This document shows, piece by piece, positions 19,339-28,293 of a DNA stretch of 64,000 bases; position 1 is the stretch's first letter, and each line of letters begins with the position of its first letter. Position numbers and translations under genes: made by a program. The notes beneath the pieces were generated by a model. It saw nothing but the letters and a program-made list of their open reading frames with translations, had not been told where the DNA came from and ran no database searches. The stretch is from an uncultured Anaerolineae bacterium. GTDB lineage: Bacteria > Chloroflexota > Anaerolineae > Aggregatilineales > J027. Location: positions 876,521 to 940,520 of the forward strand of contig CAZXCU010000001.1 of NCBI GenBank assembly GCA_964639245.1. The letters run 5' to 3'.

Positions 19339-22300
19339 GTGCGAAAACTACTTTTTGTGACCTTCTTGTGCTTGCTGATGCTTGGCAGCAGCGCGGTGTT
19401 GGTCTGGGCGCAGCAGGAAGGGGAGGTTGAGCCGCAAATCGTGGCGGTGACTCCCTATCCGGGCGAGGAAATGCCCCTCGATGCGCCCCTGACCATCACC
19501 TTCAATCAAGCCATGGACAAAGAATCGGTTATGGCGCTCTGGTCAACTGAACCGTTCATTGGTGGAACGTTTGAGTGGCCTACAGAAGATACACTCGTTT
19601 TTAAACCCGATGAAGGTTGGGAACGCGGCGCAAGCTACGAATTCACGATCGGGCAGGGTTCAGCCGCTGCTAATGGGCTAGCACTCCCTGAAGATTACGA
19701 TTTTACGGTGCGGGCAGTGGGCGAACTGCTGGTGAATACGATTATCCCCTCCGGTAACGCCGAGGGAGTCGCCGCCGATGCGACGATTACCGTATCGTTT
19801 AACCGTCCGGTAGTGCCGTTGGGATCAACTGAAATTTTAGATGAACTGCCCGACCCGCTGACCATTGAACCCGCTGTGATAGGCAAGGGCGAATGGCTCA
19901 ACACCGCCATTTATCAATTTACGCCGGATGTGCCATTAGAAGGCGGGACAACCTATACGGTGACTGTTGGAGCGGGTTTAACCGATGTGACAGGTGCGGT
20001 GCTGGCGGAAGATTTTGTCTCCACCTTTCAGACGCTTGTTCCTGAAATCCTCTCGACTTATCCCTCTGAAGGGCAAACCGTTCCCCTTGAGCAAGCGATT
20101 CAAATTACTTTCTCTCAGCCGATGAATAAAGCGTCTGTGGAAGAAAGTTTTGTGCTTTCCAAAGGTGCAACTCCGTTTGATGATGAACGGGTAGCGGGGG
20201 CATTTAGCTGGTCAGAAGATGGGGCAACCCTTACTTTTACCCCCACTGAAAAATTGCAAATTGGTACTGCCTATCGTCTGGTGGTGGATGCGGCGATTGC
20301 CAAAGGTCTGGGCGGGGCAGGCTTGCGACAGGGACGTGATTTTATTTTTTCCACTGTCCCGCTGCCTTATGTGTCGTATACCTATCCTTATAATGGGGAA
20401 GTCGGGGTGTATCCCGGATACAATTCGGTGACGATTGGCTTTGCTTCCCCGATGAAGACCGAAACCTATGAAGGGCGGTACAGTGTTTCACCCGAACCAG
20501 CCGAAATTACCCCCTTCGCCTACAGCACGGAACTCACGTTGCAATTTGAAATGCTGCCGAATACGCAGTATACGGTGACACTCAAAGCAGGGGTGGAAGA
20601 TGTTTACGGCAACGCAATTGCATCGGATTACACCTTCAGTTTTACGACGGGGGAAGTCGCGCCTTACGCCTATCTGATTGATTCCAATCGGATGGTCGTC
20701 ACCGGGGGCTATCGGGAAAACACGGCCCTCTCCGTCAATGTGCAGGGAACACCGACCCTCCGTTTTCAGCTGTATCAAATTCCGGTGCAAGCACTATCAC
20801 AGTCGTTTTATTACCTGTATGAAGATGACATCGATAATATCGTCAATCAAAGTACCTTGATACGCGAATGGGATGAAACCTTTGATATTGGGATAGTGCG
20901 TGGCATCGCCAAAGTCAATCTCAAAGAAGGGGGTGGGGCGCTGCCATTGGGCAATTACCTTGTCATCGGGTATTTCAATCAGGACAGCTATGAAAATAGG
21001 ATGCCTGTCTCCATGGCGGTGGTCAACAATAGCATTGTCGTCAAACGCATGGAAGGCGAACTCATGGTCTGGGTGACGGACATGCAAACGGGCGAACCCG
21101 CCGTTGAACAGCAGGTCACTATTGCCAGTGGCAGTACAGAAGTGGGGCGCGGGGTCACGGATTCGGATGGCGTGCTGCGTCTGCCGCTTGAATATTACAC
21201 GGACTTGATCGTGACCGCCGAAGGTGCAGACCGCTACGGAATCTGGCGTTCCAGCCGTGCGCCTTCCGAACCAACAGAATCGCTGTATGTGTATACAGAC
21301 CGTCCAATTTATCGCCCCGGTGAAATGCTGTATTTCAAAGGCACCTACCGCAATCGGGATGATTTTAATTACACCCTCAGCGACCTTGACACGCTCAAAG
21401 TCCTCATTACGGATTACAATGGTATCACACTGCTGGATACACAGGTCGAATTAACCGAATTTGGCACGTTTAGCGGCGAAGTGCTGCTGCCCGATGACAC
21501 AGCGATTGGTCAAGTTTATATCAATATCATGCGGGCGGATGTTTCGATTGGCTATGCCTACGCGCAGGTTGCCGAATTCCGTGTGCCGGAATTTAGCGTC
21601 AGTGTCACCACCGACCAGACCGAAATTATTGGCGGCGACCCCTTGCGGGCGATTATCAACGGGAAATTTTTCTCCGGCGGGGCATTGAGCAATGCCAGCG
21701 TGAACTGGACAGCCACCGCCAGCCAGACCTTTTTCAATTACACCGGGCCGGGCAATTACAGCTTTTCCGACAGCACCTACTGGTGGGATTTTTATGCCTA
21801 CGATTACGGCTACTACGGCGGGTATTCTCGCACTTTAGCCAGCGGTACAGGCACCACCGATGCGAGTGGTAATTTGCTCATCGACATTCCGAACACTGCT
21901 CCTGAAGGTGCATACCCTGAGCAAGTGACCATTGAAGCCACGATTAACGATGAAAGTGGGCAGTACATTTCAGGTCGTACCAGCATCACCGTTCATCCCG
22001 GTGAAGTTTATGTGGGGGTCAAAACCGATGTGTATTTCGGGGAGGCCAACGAACCCTTTACCGCCGATGTCATCACCGTGAATCCCCAGAGTGAAGTTGT
22101 CCCGGCTCAAAAAGTGACCCTGCAACTGATTGAACGTCGCTGGGAACGCGAAGAAATTGAAGGCCAATTCGGGCGGTACAACTGGACTCAGCGTGAAATT
22201 GAGGTTGAAACCATCGAGGTTGTGACCGATGAAAACGGCATGGCGAGTTACGCTTTTACTCCGCCGAATGCGGGTATTTTCATCGTTAAAGCCAGCACCC

Positions 22301-25300
22301 GCGATTTGCGCGAACGTCTGCACCAGAGCAGTCGCCAATTGTGGGTCACGGGCAGTCAATATGTCTGGTGGGGTCAACCAAGCAACACTATTGATTTGAT
22401 TGCTGACAAAGACTCATATGTAGCAGGTGAAACCGCCCAAGTCCTCATTCCGATTTCACTGGAAGGGGTGTCCTATGTGCTAGTCACGCTCGAACGCGCT
22501 GGTGTCATCAGCCATGAAGTTGTGCGTGTCGAAGGCTCAACCCTTGTGTACGAAGTGCCGCTGACCGCCGAACATGAACCGGGTGTTTTCCTCTCTGCGA
22601 TGGTCATGCACGGCATTGATGAAGCCAATGCGGTTCCAACTTACCGCACAGGCACGATTCAACTGCCCGTTGAACCTGCCTCCAAAGCCTTGCAAATTAC
22701 GGTCACACCCTCCACGACGAACGCCCAACCCGGCGAAACAGTCATGTTGGATGTAGAAGCCAGCGATGCCAACGGCAACCCTGTACAGGCCGAATTTGGC
22801 CTTGCGCTGGTGGATGCGGCGATTCTTTCGCTCTCCTCCGACAACAGCCTCTCGCCCACCGTGCATTTTTACGGTTCGGTCAGCAATTACACCTACACCG
22901 ATACAATGCTGGTGGCGCTGATTGACGGGCGAATCGAGGAAGTCGAAAAAGATGAAGCTGACCGCGCAGCCAGCGAAGAATTGGCGGTGGCGGATGGTGT
23001 GGTTGCCAATGAAGCGCAGTTTGCCGCCAGTCCTGCCCCAACACAAACGGCCTTAGCTGCAACCGGTGGTGGCGGCGGGCCGGGCTTTGAACAGGTCGAA
23101 GTCCGCGAAGATTTCCAGCAAACTCCGCTTTGGGCTGCCCATGTTGTGACCGATGCCAATGGCAAAGCGCAAGTTTCCGTCACCATGCCGGACAATCTGA
23201 CCATCTGGAATCTGACCGCCCGTGCTGTCACCACCGATACGCATGTTGGCGAAGTTGAAGTGGATATTGCCAGCACCCTGCCTCTTCTGGTACGTCCGGC
23301 CACCCCGCGCTTTTTCGTGGTGGGGGATGAAGTTGCGCTGGCAATGGTCATCAACAACAACAGCGACGACGTGCAAAATGTTCAGGCCACGATGCAAGGC
23401 ACGGGTTTTGAATTGATGGACGGCGAATCGCTGGAAAAATCCGTTGAGATTCAACCCAACAGCCGCGCCCGCCTCGAATGGCTGGTCAAAATTCAGGATG
23501 TACCGGGGGTGGATTTAACCTTCATCGCGGTTGGGAATGACGGCTATCAGGATGCCAGCAAACCGCCTTTAGCGACAGGTGAAAATGGCACGATCCCTGT
23601 TTATCGTTACACCGCCCCGGATACGGTTGGCACGGGCGGAGTCTTGCGCGAGGCAGGCTCACGCACCGAAGGTATTACCATCCCGCCGATTGCGGACACC
23701 GACCAAGGTACGCTGACCATTCAGCTTGATCCTTCGCTGGCGGTCACGACGATTGACGCGCTGGACTATTTAGAAAATTTCCCGCACCAATGTATCGAGC
23801 AAACCGTCAGTCGCTTTTTGCCGAATGTGGCAACCTACCGCGCTCTGAAATCCTTAGGCGTGGAAGATGCCGAACTGGAAGTCAATTTGCGGACAGAACT
23901 CGATTTCGGTCTTGAAAAATTGAAAGCCGGACAAAATTTCGATGGCGGGTGGGGCTGGTTCAACGGTATGGAAAGCAACCCGATTGTCACCGCCTATGCG
24001 TTGCTGGGTCTGATTGAAGCGCGGGAAGCGGGTTACGACATTGACGTGAACATGATCGACGCGGCAGTGTCCTACATCCGTACCGATTTCATACAGCCCA
24101 CCGAAGATACCGATTTCTGGCGATTGAATCGGCAAGCATTTTATTTCTATGTGCTTTCGCGGGCGAGCGATGGACGCTACATGCCCTCCGCCGGTGAATT
24201 GGATGCGCTGTTCCGTGTACGCCTTGAAATGAGCAACTATGGCAAAGCCTTCCTGTTAATGGCCTATGTTGCGCATAGTGGCGACCATGCCAGCCAGCGC
24301 GATTCCCTGAGCAGCGATTTAATCACTGCCGCGCATTTATCCGCCACAGGCGCACATTGGGAAGAAGAACGGCGCGATTGGTGGAACTGGGGCAGCGACA
24401 CCCGCACCACCGCCATTGTCCTCTCTGCTCTGATTGACGCGGATACGCAAGCTATGGTTGACAATGGGCAAGGCCCCAGCGATTTGCTGCCGAATGTGGT
24501 GCGCTGGTTGATGGTGGCACGGATGGGCGACCATTGGGAAACGACACAGGAAACCACTTGGGCGGTGATTGGCTTGACCGATTGGATGGTGGCAACCAAC
24601 GAATTAAAAGGCAACTACGATTATTCGCTCATCCTCAATAGCCAAGAACAAGCCAGTGGCACGGTCACACCCGAAACCGTTCGTGAAGGGCAGGATCTGG
24701 TCATTGAAGTCGGTAATTTACTCTTGGATGAAATCAACAAAGTCACCGTTGTGCGGGGTGAAGGCGAAGGCGCACTCTACTACACCGCCCATCTGACACT
24801 TGAATTGGATGCTAGCGAAGTGACCGCCCTCAATCGCGGGGTGGGGATTGTCCGCGAATACTTCCGCGCTGGTGAAACCGAACCCGTCACAGATGCCAAA
24901 GTCGGCGAAATATTGACCGTCCGCTTGACGGTTAATATCCCCGAAACGATTTACTATTTCGTGCTGGAAGACCCGCTTCCGGCAGGGGTAGAAGCGCTGG
25001 ATACCTCCTTGCTGACCACGACTCAACTTGTGGACGGGCCGCAGCTATCCCCGCAGTACGACCCCTACTATTACTGGTGGTGGTGGTATTGGGATCATAC
25101 CGAAATCCGCGATGAGTCGGTGAATTTGTACGCCGATGTGTTGCCGCCGGGAACGTATGTCTATTCATATCAGGTACGGGCAACCGTGCCGGGTAAATTC
25201 CAGACGATGCCCTCTCACGGCTATGCGTTCTACTTCCCCGAAGTCTTTGGGCGCACCGACGGCGCATTGTTCACCGTCAGCCCTTCTGAAGATACTATCG

Positions 25301-25311
25301 CTGCACAGTAA
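19339..25311 (+). CDS. Bacterial alpha-2-macroglobulin family protein with intact thioester (CIEQ), N-terminal signal peptide and Ig-like (SbsA-type) domain array
   Basis: CIEQ thioester codons at 23791-23802 (FPHQCIEQTVSRF); MG-domain repeats; A2M receptor-binding-like C-terminus; AAGGAG SD 7 nt before GTG 19339. The track ORF extends further upstream to 19177. Confidence 0.85.
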   Translation: MRKLLFVTFLCLLMLGSSAVLVWAQQEGEVEPQIVAVTPYPGEEMPLDAPLTITFNQAMDKESVMALWSTEPFIGGTFEWPTEDTLVFKPDEGWERGASYEFTIGQGSAAANGLALPEDYDFTVRAVGELLVNTIIPSGNAEGVAADATITVSFNRPVVPLGSTEILDELPDPLTIEPAVIGKGEWLNTAIYQFTPDVPLEGGTTYTVTVGAGLTDVTGAVLAEDFVSTFQTLVPEILSTYPSEGQTVPLEQAIQITFSQPMNKASVEESFVLSKGATPFDDERVAGAFSWSEDGATLTFTPTEKLQIGTAYRLVVDAAIAKGLGGAGLRQGRDFIFSTVPLPYVSYTYPYNGEVGVYPGYNSVTIGFASPMKTETYEGRYSVSPEPAEITPFAYSTELTLQFEMLPNTQYTVTLKAGVEDVYGNAIASDYTFSFTTGEVAPYAYLIDSNRMVVTGGYRENTALSVNVQGTPTLRFQLYQIPVQALSQSFYYLYEDDIDNIVNQSTLIREWDETFDIGIVRGIAKVNLKEGGGALPLGNYLVIGYFNQDSYENRMPVSMAVVNNSIVVKRMEGELMVWVTDMQTGEPAVEQQVTIASGSTEVGRGVTDSDGVLRLPLEYYTDLIVTAEGADRYGIWRSSRAPSEPTESLYVYTDRPIYRPGEMLYFKGTYRNRDDFNYTLSDLDTLKVLITDYNGITLLDTQVELTEFGTFSGEVLLPDDTAIGQVYINIMRADVSIGYAYAQVAEFRVPEFSVSVTTDQTEIIGGDPLRAIINGKFFSGGALSNASVNWTATASQTFFNYTGPGNYSFSDSTYWWDFYAYDYGYYGGYSRTLASGTGTTDASGNLLIDIPNTAPEGAYPEQVTIEATINDESGQYISGRTSITVHPGEVYVGVKTDVYFGEANEPFTADVITVNPQSEVVPAQKVTLQLIERRWEREEIEGQFGRYNWTQREIEVETIEVVTDENGMASYAFTPPNAGIFIVKASTRDLRERLHQSSRQLWVTGSQYVWWGQPSNTIDLIADKDSYVAGETAQVLIPISLEGVSYVLVTLERAGVISHEVVRVEGSTLVYEVPLTAEHEPGVFLSAMVMHGIDEANAVPTYRTGTIQLPVEPASKALQITVTPSTTNAQPGETVMLDVEASDANGNPVQAEFGLALVDAAILSLSSDNSLSPTVHFYGSVSNYTYTDTMLVALIDGRIEEVEKDEADRAASEELAVADGVVANEAQFAASPAPTQTALAATGGGGGPGFEQVEVREDFQQTPLWAAHVVTDANGKAQVSVTMPDNLTIWNLTARAVTTDTHVGEVEVDIASTLPLLVRPATPRFFVVGDEVALAMVINNNSDDVQNVQATMQGTGFELMDGESLEKSVEIQPNSRARLEWLVKIQDVPGVDLTFIAVGNDGYQDASKPPLATGENGTIPVYRYTAPDTVGTGGVLREAGSRTEGITIPPIADTDQGTLTIQLDPSLAVTTIDALDYLENFPHQCIEQTVSRFLPNVATYRALKSLGVEDAELEVNLRTELDFGLEKLKAGQNFDGGWGWFNGMESNPIVTAYALLGLIEAREAGYDIDVNMIDAAVSYIRTDFIQPTEDTDFWRLNRQAFYFYVLSRASDGRYMPSAGELDALFRVRLEMSNYGKAFLLMAYVAHSGDHASQRDSLSSDLITAAHLSATGAHWEEERRDWWNWGSDTRTTAIVLSALIDADTQAMVDNGQGPSDLLPNVVRWLMVARMGDHWETTQETTWAVIGLTDWMVATNELKGNYDYSLILNSQEQASGTVTPETVREGQDLVIEVGNLLLDEINKVTVVRGEGEGALYYTAHLTLELDASEVTALNRGVGIVREYFRAGETEPVTDAKVGEILTVRLTVNIPETIYYFVLEDPLPAGVEALDTSLLTTTQLVDGPQLSPQYDPYYYWWWWYWDHTEIRDESVNLYADVLPPGTYVYSYQVRATVPGKFQTMPSHGYAFYFPEVFGRTDGALFTVSPSEDTIAAQ

Positions 25312-25321
25312 ATTATCAAAA

Positions 25322-25347
25322 GGGGATTCTTTTCAAAAAGAATCCCC
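25322..25347. terminator. Perfect hairpin between the A2M gene and the methyltransferase gene (possibly bidirectional terminator)
   Basis: ggggattctttt-caaaaagaatcccc; U-rich on the minus-sense side, AT-rich flanks. Confidence 0.45.
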
Positions 25348-25413
25348 AATCAATTTGAGTAAAACGCGCCTTAATGTGCTAAAATTGCACAAATGGTCTA
25401 ATTTGAGAGCGCG

Positions 25414-27054
25414 ATGAATTTTAAAGTCAACGAAACAGCAACCAAATTGCGGGGAGGCTACTATACCCCGCCCGATATTGCTCAATTTTTATTAAAGTGG
25501 GTTTTGGTTAGTGCACCAGAAAATTTGCTTGAGCCTAGCTGCGGGGATGGCGCATTTTTCCGTACTTTAACCCATATAGACCATCCATCCCTAAAATCTA
25601 TCACTGCCTTTGAGATTGAACCGCATGAAGCGGCTAAAGCTCAAGAGTCTGCCAACCAACTGAGCAATCTTGAAACTAAACTTCATGCTAGCGACTTTCT
25701 GACTTGGGCATTAACTAACTTGCTTATGCCTCCCTTATTTGACGCAGTTATTGGTAATCCGCCCTTTATTCGCTATCAATATCTTGATAAGCACATCCAA
25801 ATGATTTCACAAGAAATTTTTAGATGCTCACAGCTTAATTTTACAAAACATACCAATCTATGGGTTGCCTTTGTTATTGCTTCCTTGCGTTTACTCAAAC
25901 CACGTGGTCGTTTGGCAATGATTGTCCCCTCCGAACTGCTTCATATCTTGTACGCCCAGTCGCTTAGGGGCTATTTAGCCCAAACCTGTTCAAAAATTAT
26001 GCTGTTCGACCCCCAAGAAATATGGTTTGAAAATACCTTGCAGGGGGCGGTGCTGCTGCTGGCAGAGAAAAAAGCTCTCCCCACCGACAAATCTTTTGGG
26101 GTCAGCATTGTTCAAACGCATGATAAAACCTTTTTAGACCAACATCCCGAAGATTATTTCCAAACTGCGCACTATGCCAACGGAGAAACCGTCGAAGGGA
26201 AATGGATGACCGCCTTTTTAAACGAGTCAGAACGCACGCTTTTAAAGGCCGCTAGACAACACATTCCTCAATTTAGCGAAGTAGCGGATGTCGCTGTTGG
26301 GATTGTCACAGGCGCAAATAAATATTTTCTTGTCCCAGACTATGTGGTTGAAAAATATGAGCTTACGAAGTGGGCGCACCCCATGTTTGGGCGCAGTGAG
26401 CATGTTCCCGGCATCATTTACGACCAAGCCGTCGCACAACAAAACAAGCAGGCGGGGCTGCCTACGAATTTTCTCTGGTTTCAAAATGAAGCCGAACTAT
26501 CCGAGTCTGCCCAAAATTATATCAAAGTTGGCGAGGCCGAAAGCCTCCACACACGCTATAAGTGTAGAGTCCGCGAGCCTTGGTACACTGTCCCCTCTGT
26601 CTATGCAACCCCAGTTGGAATGCTTAAACGCAGCCACGACTTTCCTCGCCTTATTTTTAACAAACTAGAGGCTTTCACGACGGATACCGCCTATCGTATC
26701 AAAATTAAAAAGTTCGATGCTCATAGTCTAGTCTATTCATTTTTAAATAGCCTCACGGCTTTGACGGCTGAATTAGAAGGAAGGCACTATGGCGGAGGAG
26801 TCTTGGAACTTGTGCCTTCCGAAATCCGCCAACTCCTTATCCCTGTTTCGCCCGCAACCGAACAACAAGTTTATGAGCTGGATGCACTCATTCGCAGCCG
26901 CACTTCGGCGGAAACTGTCTTGGCAAAACAAGATGAAATTTTGCTGGCAAAATTTGATAAACCAAGTATTTTAGCTTTGCAAGCCGCATGGTTACGGTTG
27001 AAATGCCGCAGACAGCGGCAACCACAAGCAGCTGAACCCGAAGAAGTTATGTGA
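25414..27054 (+). CDS. Type II restriction-modification N6-adenine DNA methyltransferase (gamma class, TaqI/Eco57I-like) with C-terminal target-recognition domain
   Basis: Motif I EPSCGDGAFF and motif IV VIGNPPFIRY (NPPF); GC content is visibly lower than in neighbouring genes. Confidence 0.8.
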   Translation: MNFKVNETATKLRGGYYTPPDIAQFLLKWVLVSAPENLLEPSCGDGAFFRTLTHIDHPSLKSITAFEIEPHEAAKAQESANQLSNLETKLHASDFLTWALTNLLMPPLFDAVIGNPPFIRYQYLDKHIQMISQEIFRCSQLNFTKHTNLWVAFVIASLRLLKPRGRLAMIVPSELLHILYAQSLRGYLAQTCSKIMLFDPQEIWFENTLQGAVLLLAEKKALPTDKSFGVSIVQTHDKTFLDQHPEDYFQTAHYANGETVEGKWMTAFLNESERTLLKAARQHIPQFSEVADVAVGIVTGANKYFLVPDYVVEKYELTKWAHPMFGRSEHVPGIIYDQAVAQQNKQAGLPTNFLWFQNEAELSESAQNYIKVGEAESLHTRYKCRVREPWYTVPSVYATPVGMLKRSHDFPRLIFNKLEAFTTDTAYRIKIKKFDAHSLVYSFLNSLTALTAELEGRHYGGGVLELVPSEIRQLLIPVSPATEQQVYELDALIRSRTSAETVLAKQDEILLAKFDKPSILALQAAWLRLKCRRQRQPQAAEPEEVM

Positions 27055-28204
27055 TTTCTAAGGTGAAAATATCATTTTCTAATGGGGCATATAGCCGAAA
27101 AGTTCTACCACCAAGTTGCAAATCACGGATAGTATTCGCCAGCGCTCCCCAATGAAGCATCGTTGTATAATTCCTTTGTCCTGCTTCACCGCTTGGCTTA
27201 TGGCTAATCGTTAGCTCATGAACTCCATAATTTCTTCCAAGAATATAAACCTCAAACACTATCACAGTCGTTTCACGGTTTGAAGGCCTGCGTTTCCCAA
27301 CCGACCATTCAAAGCTCCCAAATAGATCGTAACGAAAATAGCTTGTTTGGTCTATAGGTAGGTCATTCACTGTCCACTCTGCTTGTGTCAAACGTAAACC
27401 GCCTGTTGGATGCCCCGCCTGACTTTGAACATCAGATAAAGGCAACCCTTCTTTTTCCCACACAAGCTTTCCACGCTGGCTTGAGATAGAAAGCGTGATT
27501 TTAGGGCTTTTAATGGGTTTATATGGGGCTTTTGGAATAGGCTCATTCCCAAAAAGAGAATTAGGGATTGTTTCATTAGCAGTATCTTTTTTAGGTGCTG
27601 AACTTTGCCTTGTGGTTTCCCGCCGTTGTGCCTCTGAAATTATCTCTCCTCTTGCAATTATATTATCAATAAGGTTAGAGGTAAGAGATTGCATAATGGC
27701 ATCAGGCGGGTTCAAAAAACGCCCTAAAGCCTGTTTATACTGCTCATATTCATGGTATTCGGTAGTCAAATCAAAGCTAAGCTGTGTAGAAGCCTCATAA
27801 TTGCTAAATAAACCACCTTCAGTAAGGTTATGAGAGCCGATGAAAAGTTCTGCTCTCAATCCAGTTGCCTCAAAAAGATAAATTTTAGGGTGAAAAGTGT
27901 GTCCTGGTTGGTTGTTATGCGCGACTTTTGTTTCTATTCCCGATTCCAAAAGTATTTGAAGCGCCTCTATTGAAGTACCTTGATGATCAATTCCCACCAT
28001 GATTTGAATAGTTGCGCCGGCATTACGGGAGACTTCCAAATAAGGAATTAAAAATTTTATTGCTTGTTGGTTCGCAAAAGCTGCAATAACCCATATCTGG
28101 TCAAAGATAGGCTCAGTGGAGTTTAATAACTCGACCAGTTTATCTCCTAATCGAGAGAGGCTATTCTCAGAGTCGAAGGGTTGGGTCAAAAGCGTAATTT
28201 TCAT
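27047..28204 (-). CDS. PLD-family (HKD) restriction endonuclease, BfiI/NgoFVII-like, with C-terminal B3-like DNA-binding domain
   Basis: HPKIYLFEATGLRAELFIGSHNLTEGG = HxK(x)4D(x)6GSxN phospholipase-D nuclease motif; convergent and 8-bp overlapping with the methyltransferase; AT-rich. Confidence 0.7.
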   Translation of the reverse strand: MKITLLTQPFDSENSLSRLGDKLVELLNSTEPIFDQIWVIAAFANQQAIKFLIPYLEVSRNAGATIQIMVGIDHQGTSIEALQILLESGIETKVAHNNQPGHTFHPKIYLFEATGLRAELFIGSHNLTEGGLFSNYEASTQLSFDLTTEYHEYEQYKQALGRFLNPPDAIMQSLTSNLIDNIIARGEIISEAQRRETTRQSSAPKKDTANETIPNSLFGNEPIPKAPYKPIKSPKITLSISSQRGKLVWEKEGLPLSDVQSQAGHPTGGLRLTQAEWTVNDLPIDQTSYFRYDLFGSFEWSVGKRRPSNRETTVIVFEVYILGRNYGVHELTISHKPSGEAGQRNYTTMLHWGALANTIRDLQLGGRTFRLYAPLENDIFTLEIT

Positions 28205-28293
28205 AGTAGGTAAAGTATAATAGGTATTGACGAATCAAAAAAGCCTTTCCATATTTTGGAGAGGCTTTTCGCAGTTTTATGGTTTGGAGAAGG

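Noticed and set aside
22537-23454. Several 130-170-aa minus-strand ORFs inside the A2M gene
   Set aside because: Antisense to a continuous 2000-aa CDS with clear A2M motifs; Ala/Ser/Thr-rich translations typical of antisense GC-rich DNA.
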